NCBI GenBank assembly: GCA_029717555.1
Contig: JAMDHS010000102.1
Location: 1-64,000 of the forward strand
Direction of reading: 5' to 3'
Origin: Peribolospora baueri
Lineage: Eukaryota
DNA: 64,000 bases
The notes below the pieces were generated by a model. It ran no database searches, was not told where the DNA came from, and saw only the letters and a list, made by a program, of their open reading frames with translations. The translations under genes were made by a program, and so were the position numbers. Shown here in pieces: positions 24,901-38,300 of the stretch. Position 1 is the stretch's first letter. The number at the start of each line of letters is the position of its first letter.

Positions 24901-27750
24901 GGGCGCCGACTCGGTCATCTACGAGCGCCTCGCCGACGACCACGACGTCGAGCTCAAGCAGTCCACCCAGCGCGACCTCGAGGCGTTCGCCAACGCCGGC
25001 CTGCGTACGCTGTGCATCGCGCGCAGGTACCTCTCCGAGGAGGAGTACGCCGACTGGGCGCGCATCCACGACGCGGCGTGCGCCGCGATCGACGACCGCG
25101 AGGACGAGATCGACCGCGCGAACGAGTTGGTCGAGCACGATCTCACCCTCCTCGGCGCGACGGCGCTCGAGGACAAGCTCCAAGTGGGCGTGCCGGACGC
25201 GATCGAGATGCTCCACCGGGCCGGCATCAAGCTCTGGATCCTCACTGGCGACAAGCTCCAGACGGCCATCGAGATCGGCTTCAGCTGCAACCTGCTGACG
25301 AACGACATGGAGATCATGATCATCTCCGCTGATTCCGAGGCCGCTGCACGCGCCCAGATCGAGGCGGCGTGTGACAAGATCGCTGCGGCCGGCCGGCCGG
25401 TCGTCGTCGAGGTCAACGAGGGCGGGCTCAAAGGCAAGGCGGGGAAGAAGAAAGTGCAGCGGCCGGCGCCGGCGTCGTCCTCGTCGTCGTCCGAAAAGGG
25501 TCCCTCGGCCGGCTTCGCCGTCGTCATCGATGGCGAGACCCTCCGCTACGCCCTCGACGCTGCACTCAAGCCGCTCTTCCTCGCGCTCACGACGCAGTGC
25601 GAAACGGTGGTCTGTTGCCGCGTGTCGCCGGCGCAGAAGGCGTTGACGGTCAACCTGGTCAAGGAGGGCAAGGGGGCCATGACGCTCGCCATCGGCGACG
25701 GCGCCAATGACGTCGCCATGATCCAGGAAGCCCACGTCGGCGTTGGCATCGCCGGCCTGGAGGGAGCCCAGGCGTCCATGTCGGCAGACTACGCCGTCGG
25801 TCAATTCCGCTACCTCAGCAAGCTCCTCCTCGTCCACGGACATTGGTCCTACGTGCGCATTGCCGAGATGCACTCCAACTTTTTTTACAAGAACATCATT
25901 TGGACGTTTACCATGTTTTGGTATCAGTTCTACTGCAGGTGAGAGCCTGGCCTGCGCTTCATGGTCACGTATGTGCCTGCCATTCGTTCGCTGACGCGCT
26001 CCCTCCCTTCGCGTCTTCTTCTCAGTTACGACGCAACCTATATCTACGACTATACCTACATCATGCTCTTCAACCTCATCTTCACCTCCCTCCCCGTCAT
26101 CTTGCTCGGCGCCTTGGACCAGGACCTGAGCCCTCGAGCGATCTTTGCTTGCCCGCAGATCTACAAGCGAGGCATCCTCGGCCTCGAATACACGCGCACA
26201 AAGTTCTGGTGGGCCGTCTTTGACGCCCTCTACCAGTCCGCCGTCGCCTTCTTCGTCCCCTTTTTGGTCATCTACATCCTCGGCGGTGGGCACAACCAGG
26301 ACGGGTACGACCTCAACTCGATTTGGGACTTTGGTACCACCATCGCCGCCGGCGCCATCATCACCGCCAACCTCTATGTCGGGTGAGCGAGCCGATCGGT
26401 CGGTCGGCCCTTCCGCTGCCGCCGCCGAATGACCCCCTTCGCTGATCATCCCTTCTGCGCCGCTCCCACCTGCTTCGTTTTCCAGTCTCAACACCAAGTA
26501 CTGGTCTGTCCTCATCTGGATCGTCCAAGCTTTCTCTATCCTCTCCTACTTTGTTTGGACTGCGATGTAAGTCGTCGCCACCCTCCTTCCCATTTCTCCT
26601 CCGCCGTCGCTCACCGCCGCTTACCGTCCATCTCCTCTCCCTTGTCGGCAGCTACTCGGCCTTCCCGACGTTCACCATGCAAAACGTGGTCAAGTACGTC
26701 TTCCCGTCGATCGAGTACTGGTTCTCCATCTTCCTCGTAGTCGTCATCTGTCTTGGACCTCGGTATACTGTCAAGGCCTTCAACGCCTCCTTTTTCCCCA
26801 CCGAGGTCGACAGGGTCCGCGAGGCCTGGCTCAAGGGTGACCTCAAGGAGCCCTCGATGCGCGATCCCTTCGACTCGGCCCGCGAAGGCCTTCGCAAGCC
26901 CGGTAGCCGCTCTGGTACTCCCTATCGTGACGACGCCGACGTCTATTCGGAAGTCGATCTCGAAGCGCACACCTACCCGCCACGATCCAGGCTTCATCGT
27001 GCGGCCTCGATCGACCGGGCACCGCCACCGCCGAGCGTGTCCACGACGTTGGTCGACGACTACAACCCCAGCGCATGGGACCTGCCCACTCAGAGGCGGC
27101 CTGACGCGCCCTCTGCCTTTGTCTACGGCGATCGGCCATACGATGGCGGCCCGGACGACGGTCCGGAGATGACGCAGCGCGAGCCGGGCGCGGCCATGCC
27201 CTACTACAGTTCCTCCTCCTCCTCCTCCTCCTCCTCGGGCCGGCCAGCGACGGGCGCAAGCGTAGGCAGCAGGCTAGCGGCGACGCCGGGACAGGGTTCC
27301 GAGCGCCGTCTATCCCCGTCTCCTCAGGCCGCCGCCGGTCTTCCTCAGATCCACATCCAGCGAGCCAGCGGCGCGTCGTTTGATTACGAGGGCCGCAGCA
27401 GCGTGTCCCACAGCTCTGGCGGCGCTGGCGCCATTGCCGCCGGGTCGTCGTCCTACATCGCCCAAGAATCAGCACCGCCCTCCATGACGGCTCACGCCCG
27501 TCGTAATCCCTTCGCGGCACCGCGAGACGACGACAGCTTCGATCAGGCGTTCGATGAGGCTTTCGGAGACCCGGCACGACGGCAACCGGACGCTGCATAT
27601 GGATCCGGTTTCGCGCAGGGTCATGAGCGAGCACACGTCGTCGACCTCACTGACGCGTCCTACCACACGGCCCACGGCGTCGGTGCGGACGAGCGGCGGC
27701 CATGGGACGACGAGGAAGCGGACGAGGACGCTTGGGCTCATGCACGATGA
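21904..27750 (+). CDS. DNF1: P4-type phospholipid-translocating ATPase (Dnf1/Dnf2-like flippase); multi-exon
   Basis: NKVRTSKYTPLTFLPKNLYEQF, ETKNLDGETNLK, PISLY, DKTGTLTQN (~24181), AESPDE, KGADS, LTGDK, CCRVSPAQKA, GDGANDVAMIQEA. Confidence 0.95.
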
Positions 27751-28577
27751 GTGGGAGACATGCGGGGTACGCCCATCGAGGCCCACCGAACCGCTCCCTT
27801 TCTTTCTTTTCTTGTCCTCTCCTCACACTCTCGGACGTTATTCGCTTCGCTATTCCGTTCCTCGCCCTCTTCGACATTTCTTCGTCTCTGTCCTTCCGCC
27901 CCCATCTTTTGTGCTTGCGCTCGTCTGTCTCCTCCACATCTTTTCCTCTCCCACTCCATTCCGCCCCCTTCCTTCATTCCGCCATTCTCTACCGTACCCT
28001 GTAGTTCTTCCCTCTGCTGGTCCGTACACTCAGCCGCCAACGGCGCGTGTCGACGAACTTTTCGTCATTTGCTAATTCCACAACTCCCGTTCCTCCGTGT
28101 GCTTGTGCCCCGCTCGAGCAAAGGACGTCCCAACGACCACGACGACACACCACGTGTGCTGCGTACCTGTGCGCTCATCACTCGCCCCCCCCCCTTCCAA
28201 ATGTTTGTGAGGGTACTTCCTTCCATCTTGTAGTTGCATCCGTCTGCCGTGGCCGTCTGCCCGCTAGCTACGTTAAGAGCGGAGAAACGTTGCACGAGCA
28301 GGGCGATCGCCAAGGCTCGCCTCGCCTTGTGGTCGACATCGTCGCTCGTGTTGGTGGTGTCAAGGAACGTGAAGGGTTGTCTCAGGCTCGGTTCTCGCTG
28401 ATAAGGAAGCTCTGTCGCGACAGCCGTCTACCCGTCGTCGAGCCGAAATTTGAAGTCGCAGGGGACAGAGGGTCCATCATCGCTACAAGGTACGAAAGCA
28501 GCATGGGACAACATGCGACCTCGAAACTACACTGTACTGCACTGCACGCCCCCGCACTCCCCTCCCACTTCCCCTCG

Positions 28578-30804
28578 TCACCCTTCCTCCGCTCCGAGAA
28601 GCGGCCACTGACCAAACTCAGCCTCTCCGAACCTCAACAAGCTCGTCGTGCCCTGGTCAACTATGGCAAATACCACGTTCTTCCTCCCCGCCTTGAGGGC
28701 CGGGAAAGGATTCGAACCTGGCGGGGGACGAGGGCGCTTCGAAGCGCCGGAGCCGCGTTTTGGGGCGGAGAAGATGGATATGAGGGGAAGGAAGAGGGAG
28801 GACGATAGATATCGGGACGAAGAGATATCCGTGGTGATGGCCGGTTTAGAGGCAGCGCCCCGAGACGGGGGGAGCGGCATGACGGGCACAGAGTCGAAGA
28901 GGGCCGAGAACTGGTAGATATCTGGCAGGTTCGTCGTTCGTGCGCTGCGCGGATGGAGAGTACAGGGAACCAAGTAAAAAGGCCGGGACCATCAGCGCGA
29001 GGGAAATCGTCCCCGTGCAAGAGAAAAAAAAAAGAGCACTCACTCCACGACGACGATGCGGAATTCTGGCGGCCCGGGCGCGGTCTTTTTGAAGTTCTTG
29101 CCGGGACGCCAAGCGTGATAGAAGACATCGAAGGGACCGACTTCGCCCACGCTCTTTCGATCAACTGGGCGCACCTCTCGATCGTCTTCGGCAGGCAGCT
29201 CCGGCAGGTCTTCGTTGCAGGTGGACGATGCAGAACGGAAGAGTGGTAGGCGGTGGCTCGAGGGCACGAGGCGCAAGCGAGAGAAGACTTGGTCTGCGAA
29301 AAGAAGCCGGCCATGATTAGAGATGTTTCGATGCCCATGGCGTAAAAGAACGTCAGGCCAAGCGCACTCACCATAAGATCTCCATCGACCCGGCCCGACA
29401 AGGCTTTCTCTTCGTCCACTATTTGACGTTGTCCGCACCAAGTGTTGCCACCTTTTAGCGATCCACCGCCAGAACACAACAACCCACTGCCAAGCCTTTC
29501 GTGCTGGGAACAACAGCACATCCCAAATCGTTACGAGCGGCACTGGCTCCCTGCCCTTCGGAAATTTGCTCGCTCCTAGGACGCCAAACTGAGCTCTTCC
29601 GGGTCCGGCCGCCTCCATCCTCAACCTCTCCTCCTCCTCCTTGCTCGGCATTACGGGAACAGCTACTATCGCCCCTCTGCTCGCGAGCGGATGCTCGGGC
29701 ACCCTAGCTCGGAGCACGTGGTAGCCTAGTCGGCGGAGATAGGCGTACACTTGATACCGCTCGGGCGTGAGGTCCGCCCTGTTGAGCATCTCAGCGAAGG
29801 CTTGCTGGACGGACATGGGGACGGAGGGAGACGTTTTGGATGTGGGCACGGTATCGGCAGTATCTGGTTTTGTGACCGCCGGCGCCGTATCTCCTTCGAG
29901 AGAGGATGAGGAAGATGAATCAGAGCACAAGTTCCGGTAACACTCGAGAGCCCCTCGTTCAATCAGATAAAGAGCTTCCTCGGGGAACAGCTCTAGGCGG
30001 GTGACGGACGTGGGAGGCTTGGCTTTTCCTGGAGTATCGGCGCCGTCGTCCTGGCCCTTGGTCGTGACTTCATCCTGGGCAGATGTAAGGGGCGAGGAAT
30101 AGCAAGGTGAAGATGAACTAAGGGCAGACAGGGGATAGCGGACAGGAAGGCCGGAGCTGGTGAAGGAGCCTCCCTTGACGGTGTGAATGATGGCGCGGGA
30201 AATGTTCGGATCCCAGGTGGCGATGCTGAGCGCTTTACTGGATAAACGTAAGATAGGAAGGAAGTCGACGTAAAGTAGGTATTAGCGTCCAGTGCCGACG
30301 CATACCAATTGAACATTCTTAATGGAGCGCGGCAGTCGTAGCACTCTCAGCTCACCTCGATGTCTTCCTCACCCCCCGTAAGGCGCTAAACATGGCCATC
30401 CGTGACGCCTGAAGGGAGCTTACTTGGTGCTGGTGTCCTGTGGGTTCAAAATCCTTCTCTCCCCGCTTCGGAATCACTGGCCGGTCATCGGTGGATTTGT
30501 TGACCATCCTAGTACGGTAGATGAGCCCCGGCAGTGACATCTGCGTTAGCAATAAGAGGCAACAAAGCAGATAAAAAACCACCGGCACGATACCAGCTTG
30601 TGGCACTCACTCGGCAAATCCAGCGAGCATTCGATAATCCGGGACCTCGTCTTCCTCCCCTTCGTCCCCGCTGTCTTCTCCCCCACCTCTTCTTGATTCC
30701 GATGAAGGGTCGTCCATATCCTTGTTCTCCCCCGCGGGTGTCGGTAATGATGGCACTGGACCCATCTCCTCGGCTGAAAGGCCCACTGACCCCGAGAGGG
30801 ACAT
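28578..30804 (-). CDS. SEN54: tRNA-splicing endonuclease subunit Sen54; multi-exon
   Basis: IPKRGEKDFEP, LELFPEEALYLIERGSL, YQVYAYLRRLGYHVLRA, WRPGKNFKKTAPGPPEFRIVVV, LKAGRKNVVFAIVDQG. Confidence 0.9.
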
Positions 30805-30939
30805 CGTCTGGATCTGAGCTTGTCACGCCTCCGTCTGAGCAAGGCGAGGTTATGGACGACTATCACTGATCAGCTCTGGAGCTCCGTTGGTGCAGCAAGT
30901 GCTGCGGCGACGACGTCGATCGCTGCAAAAAGATAATAT

Positions 30940-30959
30940 GTCACGTGCCTTCACGTGAC
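30940..30959. promoter_or_regulatory. Tandem CACGTG E-boxes in the short SEN54/PMI40 divergent promoter
   Basis: GTCACGTG (30940-30947) and TCACGTGAC (30951-30959). Similar GTCACGTG/CACGTGAC sites occur in other intergenic regions (~6087, ~33398, ~38389, ~60946). Function is inferred only. Confidence 0.35.
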
Positions 30960-31071
30960 GATAACCTCTATCCCACCACCTGGCCCTCAAGATGGCATAA
31001 ACGGAGGGAGGGATCTTGTTTTGCTCGTCAAGGATCAGCTGGACTTTTCTTGCGACATACCGCCTGCCATC

Positions 31072-32985
31072 ATGTCTACCGGAACAGAAGACATCGGTTC
31101 CATCTTTCAGGTTCTCTCTTTTGCGCAGTCTTACGACTGGGGCAAACTCGCCTCCAGCTCTTCCTCTCCCGCTCATGAGGATCCTTCGGAGAGCAAGGTA
31201 GCTCAATTTACGAGAGCTACTTGGGCTCAGCTCAAGAAAGATGGCTTACTCGACAAGTTGAACGAAAAGCAGAGGGATTTGGCGGATGTCAAGGCTGGGA
31301 AACCTTATGCCGAGGTGAGATGGACGTCGTCGCAAGTCTTCCAGCCACGGAGACGAACAACGAGCTCATGCTCCATTCCCCGTCTTCTCGGACGATCAAC
31401 AGCTCTGGATGGGCACACACCCCACTCTCCCTTCTCTTCTGCTTCCTTCCCTTCGCCCGCTTTACGACCATCTTGCCTCCAACCCCTCCCTGCTTGGGTC
31501 CGTGGGGAGCAGTGATAAGTTCAAGGCCGCCGGTGGAGGCAAGGGCGAGCTGCCTTTCCTTTTCAAGGTGCTCGCCATTCGAAAGGCCCTCAGCGTGCAG
31601 GCTCACCCTGATCGTGAGCTTGCCAGGAAGCTATACGAAACAAAGGGTGACATCTATAAGGGTGCGTCAGCTGGAGATGGACGTCGTATGCGACGATGAA
31701 GATGCTAAACTAACCACCTTTTCTGAACGCTCCCGCTCTCGTGCACATATCTAGACCCCAATCACAAGGTAAGCCTTTGCTGCGCATAAAACCTTTCAAG
31801 CTCATGATTCTTATATCATATTACTCGTTTTCGTCCCCATTGGAGCCTGAAATGGCGCTCGCCCTTACCCCTTTCCGTGGCTTCTGCGGCTTCCGGCCTC
31901 TTCCCGAAATTGCCTCCTACCTCTCCACGGTTCCCGAGCTACGCAGTCTTGTAGGAGACAAGTTGTCGAGCTCGTTCATTTCCGCCTCCACATCCGCCTC
32001 CGCCTCCGGTTCTAAGGCAGCTCTCAAAGAGCTCTTCGCAGCCGTCATGGAGGCTCCGGCAATCGAAGTCTCGACTCTTCTTCGTGCCCTCGTTGCCCGC
32101 TACAAGAACGCCAAGCAGGGTGAAGACACCGTGAATCCCAAGCTCGCGGCTTTGGTGGTAGAGCTGGACAAACAGTTCCCGGACGACGTGGGCGTATTTT
32201 GCGTTTTCTTGTTGAACGTCGTCGAGCTTCTGCCCGGTCAAGCTGTGTTCTTGAGAGCGAATGAGCCGCATGCTTATATTGCGGGAGGTGAGTCCACCTG
32301 TTCACACCACGCAGTCTTTTTTTTTGATGGTCTCATTTGTTTCCAGATGTGGAAGGCTCGTATTCATGCTTCTCTTCACTTTCCCTTTGCCTGTGACGCA
32401 CCCCTTTTGTCCACAGATATCATGGAGTGCATGGCCGCCTCGGGTAAGTCCAACCGTGTATCTTACCTTCGTAGGCGACTTGTTTTTGACATCTATCGTC
32501 ACGCTTGACGTTGCCTGTTCCTTGCAGACAATGTCGTTCGCGCCGGCCTCACCCCCAAGCTCCGTGATGTGCCCACGCTGGTCAACATGCTTACCTACGC
32601 TTCCGGCCCCGCGGACTCCCAAGTGATGCGGCCCGTGCCATTCTCCTCTGACTCACACCCCAACTCGTCGGCGGACCAGACCGGGGGCGGCAGGGCCAAG
32701 AGCTCACAGACGATCCTCTACGACCCTCCCATCGACGAGTTCTCCGTCCTTCTTTCGACCGTCACCCAGGGCGAGGAGGAGACTCATCGAGCGATCGACG
32801 GACCGAGCATCCTCATCGCCACCTCTGGCCGGGGCGTGCTCTGCTCGCAAGCGACCGGGAGCAAGTTCGAGCTGGACGTCCCAGGCAAGGTTTGGTTTGT
32901 TGGAGCTGGAACGGAGGTAGTGATCAAGGCCGAAAAGGAGTCAGATGAGCCGCTGGTTGTGTACAGGGCTTTCGTGGAAGTCTGA
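31072..32985 (+). CDS. PMI40: Mannose-6-phosphate isomerase (type I PMI); multi-exon with micro-exons
   Basis: QSYDWGK, KPYAE|LWMGTHP, LPFLFKVL..KALSVQAHPD, DPNHK|PEMALALTPF, FLRANEPHAY, IMECMAAS|DNVVRAGLTPK, YDPPIDEF. Confidence 0.96.
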
Positions 32986-33827
32986 AGCAGGTGGCAGATG
33001 GATGCGCTTGGGATGATTTAGGATGGCTCAACAGGATAGCAAAAAATATGTGGGCACTATGCATCATTACTGTTAGACATATTCCCAACGAGATCCACTT
33101 CACACTCCACTTGGGCACATTTTCCACATTCCCTTCACTTGGACATTCCTCTCTCACCTCTCGCACACAAATGTTTGGTTTCAGCTTGTAACGTCGAGTT
33201 TTGTTGTTGTTGCTGTAGTTCCCTCGTTCGGCGGACATTGTCTTTCCTCCTTCCTTTCCTTTCCTCCGTTTATCCCCTCGTTCTCCTACCCACCTATCTC
33301 ACTCCCATGTACGTCTGATGTCAATCCATCTCGCTTCTCCACCACTCGAGCCTCCAAAGTGTGGCCCGTGCGCGGACTCGGAGTCATATACGCGGCGGTC
33401 ACGTGTGTCGCCACCACCGCCTGGCCTTTGGCCGACGACGACGGCGATGACGACAACCATCACCATCACCACCACCACGACTCGACAGCTTCAATGACAG
33501 TCTCTTCCTCTCCCACTCGCCCTTTTACATAAGTTTTGTCTCTTCTATCCTTTCTTTGGACACTCTTTCTTCTAAATCCTCCCCTTTTCTCGCTCGGTCG
33601 ATTCCCTCTCTCATTCCCCACAGCACCTGGTCTTTGCCCTTTCGTCGTTCTCGTGCCAGCTTCTCTCCTCTCAAGCGCATTCTCTCTTCCATCTGTAGGT
33701 TACCCCTTATCTGTAGGCTACCCTCCTTTTGCAGGCTTGGCAGCACGTCTCTCTCCAGTATCCCCCTCGGCTTCAGCACACGCCCTCGTCCAGCAACCTT
33801 ATCTCTCAGTCACTCGCTCAGTACCTC

Positions 33828-35840
33828 ATGGCCTCCGTCCTCCCGAACACGTTTGCATCTCCTCCCTCCAACGACGATAAGGGATTGGGAGACTTCTCGT
33901 CTCTTTTCAACCTTCTCGGCTACAACCACAAGCCGCCGCCCTCTTCCTCGCCATCACTCCATGCGCACCCTTCCGACGGAGAAGGTGACGGGAGCGGCCT
34001 TGGCGGGCTCAATCTCTCCCTCGCCTACCTAGCCAGCGAGCTCAATGGATGCAAGACGTCGATCACATCTTTGTCCTCCGCTCCTGGCGCATCTCCGCCT
34101 CTCACTCCCGACCGCAGAGCTTCTTCTCGCCTGACCGATTCGACGAGCGACCTAGGCTCTACCAGCGAGGTGGACACCCTATTTGACAGTCCGGTTCACC
34201 CCTGTGACGCAGCGGCGCCGTTCCACGACGTTGCAATTAAGACAGAGACCGAGTCTCTGTGCGAAACGTCATACACGTCTCCCGACCTGTATTCCGCATC
34301 GCCACCTTCGCCGTGCTCGCCGACGGAGAAGAGTCTTCACGATACGCCGTCATTGGCACCGGTTCCTCCTATATTCTGGCGCAATACAGCCCGGCCTACT
34401 CAATCGCACGGTAGAAGGAGGAGGCCCTCAAAACCCACCTTGTCATCCAACTTCTTTGAACCTATGACGAACGGACGGGAAAGGAGTAGGTCCTTGCAGG
34501 TCAAGCTGGTCGAGACATTCCCCGAGATGATGGACGGCGCCAGCGGATCCCAAGGAGATGAGCCGGTGTATGTTTTCGTTGATCGTGAGTGGCTGATGCT
34601 CTTCTTAATGCCAAGCGACTTTAGGTAGCGTGTGTGCTCATGCTCTTTTTGAGCTTTTGCTCTCATCTAGACTCCAACATCCTCTGCGGCTTCCTCTCCT
34701 ACGTCAAAGAGCGAAGGCCGGACTTGTTTGAGAAGGGCGCAAGGAAGAATGGTTGTAAACGCCCGCGGGTCCGATTGGATTATCATTCGTAAGCATTCAC
34801 GGCTCTTCTCCTTTCCTCGCCTGGCTATTCGGGCTGACATTACATGCGTGCTTGTCCCATGTTTAACATTTTTTTTTCCAACCGTCAGCCTCTTCAATAT
34901 TCTCCACCGAGCACGTCCCATCGCTCGCCGAGTGCTGGTGGCCTCTTCTCCGCTCTATCAGCCTCTGGACGCCGCCTCGGACGTGTTTGGCTACGAGTGC
35001 AGCGTGTTGAAGCGGGTGCCGAAAGGTGGGGAAGTGGAGTACCGCAATTCCCCGCCTTTGGCTTCATCCTTGCCCGGATCCGCGTCTAAGAGTACCAGGA
35101 CGGACGCGGAATACGCCTCTTTTTGGAGCGATGACTCCGACGAGGAAGAGTTTCTCGGGCTTTCGACACAGCTCGTATCTGCTCGGATCCGCGAGAGCGG
35201 CGTGACATCCTTGACGACGCCGCCTCGGAGCGTCCCTGGCCGTTCTAACAGTCCTACGCATATGTACGCCGCCCCGCCTCAGTATATGGCGCGCAACAGC
35301 CCTCACAAGGCTTGGCTCCTGAGCGGCGGTAGGGAAGATGATTCGATGAACGGGCGAGTGGGGGGCGGACTGGACGGCGGTCGCGGAGGAAGGCGGTCCG
35401 GAAGAAAGGTGGGCGCCGCGAGCTGGGGCTGGAAGGAGCAAGCGGTGGACGAGCTGTTGCATCTCAAGATCTTGCAAACCCTTCTGGACGCCTCGCCTTT
35501 CTCTTCTCTCTCGCCCGGCTCCTCCGCTTTCTCCGGCCGCGCCGACTGTGTGGGCCGTCCGACCCTGCTACTGGCCACGGGGGACAGCGCACCATCGCCT
35601 TACAACTCGGAAGGCTTCTACGGATGTGCGAGGAGGGCGCTGGAGATGGGATGGAACGTTGAGATTGTGGCATGGAAGGAAGGCGGATGCGGAAGGGCTT
35701 GGGAGGCGCTGAGGACGGAGTGGGAAGGCGAGGGGGTGGAAGATGAGCGTGCGGTCGATGGCGTGGCAAAATGGGGGAGAGGCAAGATGACCATTGTGGG
35801 CTTGGAGGAATTCGCCGAGGAGCTAAGCGAGCTGGCTTGA
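33828..35840 (+). CDS. NYN/LabA-like PIN-fold nuclease domain protein with Ser/Pro-rich N-terminus; multi-exon
   Basis: VYVFVD|xSNI, KEQAVDELLHLKILQTLLD, LLLATGD, ALEMGWNVEIVAW match the acidic-motif order of NYN/DUF88 domains. Confidence 0.75.
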
Positions 35841-36429
35841 CGACTTGCGGTATGATTGTACCCTTCGGCTGGCGCGGGGATGCGGGGCATCGGATGGGGC
35901 CGGCTCGCCTCTTTGGCGAGTTGTGCTGCCCCACGTAGCGGGTAGCAGCCGTCGCCGTCTGTATACAGAATCATCTCGCATGTAGTGTAGTAGACCTTAT
36001 TTGCAGTTTAAAGCCGTGATGGCCAGAGCGAGCAACGCACATGCTTCCGATTACGCCAATTCCGGTCCAAGCACGTGCGTGTCATCGGCAAGATGTAGCG
36101 GGATGGGAACGTCGCCAGACCCGCAGAATCCATACTTCCGTCCGCACCCGGCCCCCCGCTAACTGTGGGGCACGGCCTGGATATACAGAGATTGGTGCGC
36201 GCCGGAGAAGCTACCTCCGGATTGTGGGGTGCGGGGTGGAGGGTGGGGGGACGAGAGACGTCGGGCGGGGCCCGGATACGTGCTCGGGTTGGACTTGGTG
36301 CGAGGGGCCGACGACAGCGACGAACGGATATTTAAAGGCGGGCATGGGGCACTGATATGAAATGTGGACGCTAAAGTTCCTTCCTGACTCGCGTTCACCA
36401 GCTTGGTACTTCACATAATTATCGCCAAC

Positions 36430-38300
36430 ATGGGGACTATCCAAGACCAAATCCAAGCTCTTCTTGACGAAGGAACGTCAAAGGGAAAGATGTGCGTTGA
36501 CGAGCTCGCTAGGGTACATACGGCTCGTGACGCCGCCGCTGACCTCGTCCACATCGCTCGGCCTCCACATCTCCTCGCAGCCCCGGCGTCATCCTTTACG
36601 CTGCTGACCGAAAGGGAAACGAGCTGTTTCACGGTTCCTCGGGCCCGCTCCAGGCGGGATCGTCCACCCCGCTGAGCAAAGACAGCTACTGCTGGATCGC
36701 CAGCTGCACGAAGCGTGCGTCATTCGGTGTTTCTTTTGTCATCCCTGAGATAATGAGAGCGCTGGCAGCAAACGACGTTGCGATGATCCGCACCCATTTA
36801 AACCCACTACGTCTCCCGCAGTGATCACCGCCATCGCTTGCCTCCAGCTTGTGGAACAAGGCCGGGTCTCGCTAGATGACGCCGATCAGATGGGCAAGAT
36901 CTTGCCGGAGCTGCTCAACAGCGTTGTTTATGACCATGCTTTCGACCCCAACCAAGACTTCGCCGCCGCCGCCGCTCCCAAGACGCGCCCGTTGAAGAAG
37001 CGCGCAGCCCCCACACTGAGGCAATTGCTCACTCACACCGCCGGCCAGAACTATCCTTTCTTCAACAGAGGAGGTAGGTAAAAGGATTCTTGCGGAGCGA
37101 TGGCAACGTCCCGGAGAAAGATGTGGAGAGCTCTGATTGCTTGTGCCATTATGCAGCCAAGGCATGGTGTGACGCCAATGGCATCCCTCAGCCGTTCGCC
37201 AGCAAAAAGGCAAGTCCCTCTATTCCCGCTTGTGTCTTTAAACTCCCGCCCAGCGCGATACGTCCGAACACTTATGCGGAGCATTGACCGGGTCGTCGGT
37301 GACCAACGCTTACGTGCCGACTCTCCCCTCTTTGTGGGTCCCACAGGCCTGCGTTGAGCTCCCTTTGTCATATGAACCCGGCGAGCACTGGGAGTACAGC
37401 TCTTCGATCGACTGGGCCGGGCAGGTAAGGAAGGGAAGAGGCTACGCTTGCAAATCCTGTCGAACAAAGCTGACTGAGTCGTCCTCTCATTGCCACGGCC
37501 CACAGGTCGTCGAGCGCGTTTCCGGAAAGACTTTGGATGCGTACTTCAAGGAGAACATATTCGGCCCAGTCGGCGTCCAGGGCCCCACATTCCTGCCGGA
37601 AGCTTCGGGCGTCACGAAGAAGCTGGCTTTGATGAATTTCCGCAAGCCGGATGGAGAGGTCGTGGCGGGGGAACACGCCATCGAACTGCGCGACAAGGAA
37701 ATCGAATTCCAGTACGGCGGCGCCGGGCTGTTCGCAAACTGCAAGGACTACGTGCAGGTGCTCGTCGCCCTGGTGAACGGCGGGAAGCACCCTCGGACGG
37801 GCGGACAGATCCTGAGCGAAGCTTCGATCAAAGAGCTCACGCGGCCCCAGCTGAATGAAGCCCAGGCCAGCGACTTGGACCGTACCATCCCGGCTGCCAT
37901 GCCCGAGCTCACCAACGAGATCACCCCCATGCCCGGCGCGCCAAAGCAGTGGGCTATTGGCGGCCACAAGATCCTGGATGGCATCCCTGCTATTGGTCGA
38001 AGTGGGGTGAGTGGTGAACATACAGGAACGCATTGTCCCGACATGTTCCACTGACTGACCCGCCTTGGTTTCACTCATTTGTTTTTCCATCGTGCGCCGG
38101 TCCCCACGTCCGCGAAACAGAACTCGATCTGGTGGTGTGGCATCGCGAACAACTACTGGTTTGCCGACTTTGACCACGGCTTGGCGGCGATGATCCAAAC
38201 GCAGCTGTTCCCTTTCAACGACGCCGACGTCATCGGCACGTTCGCCCAGGCCGAGGCCATCCTTCAGAAGAGCGTTGCGAAAGATGCCAAGTGCTCGTAG
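36430..38300 (+). CDS. Beta-lactamase/transpeptidase-fold serine hydrolase (class C / LovD-like family); multi-exon
   Basis: WIASCTK (SxxK), LQLVEQG, TLRQLLTHTAG, PLSYEPGEHWEYSSSIDWAG, YFKENIFGPVG, YGGAGLF, WCGIANNYWFAD. Confidence 0.92.

Noticed and set aside
21766..26515. Long antisense ORFs (468 aa, 276 aa, 605 aa) opposite the flippase, and similar ones opposite other genes
   Set aside because: Shadow ORFs caused by high third-position GC in the sense gene.
28708..28718. GGTTCGAATCC (tRNA T-loop/B-box-like) on the minus strand
   Set aside because: It lies within SEN54 coding sequence (GSNP) and has no full T-stem or cloverleaf; coincidental.
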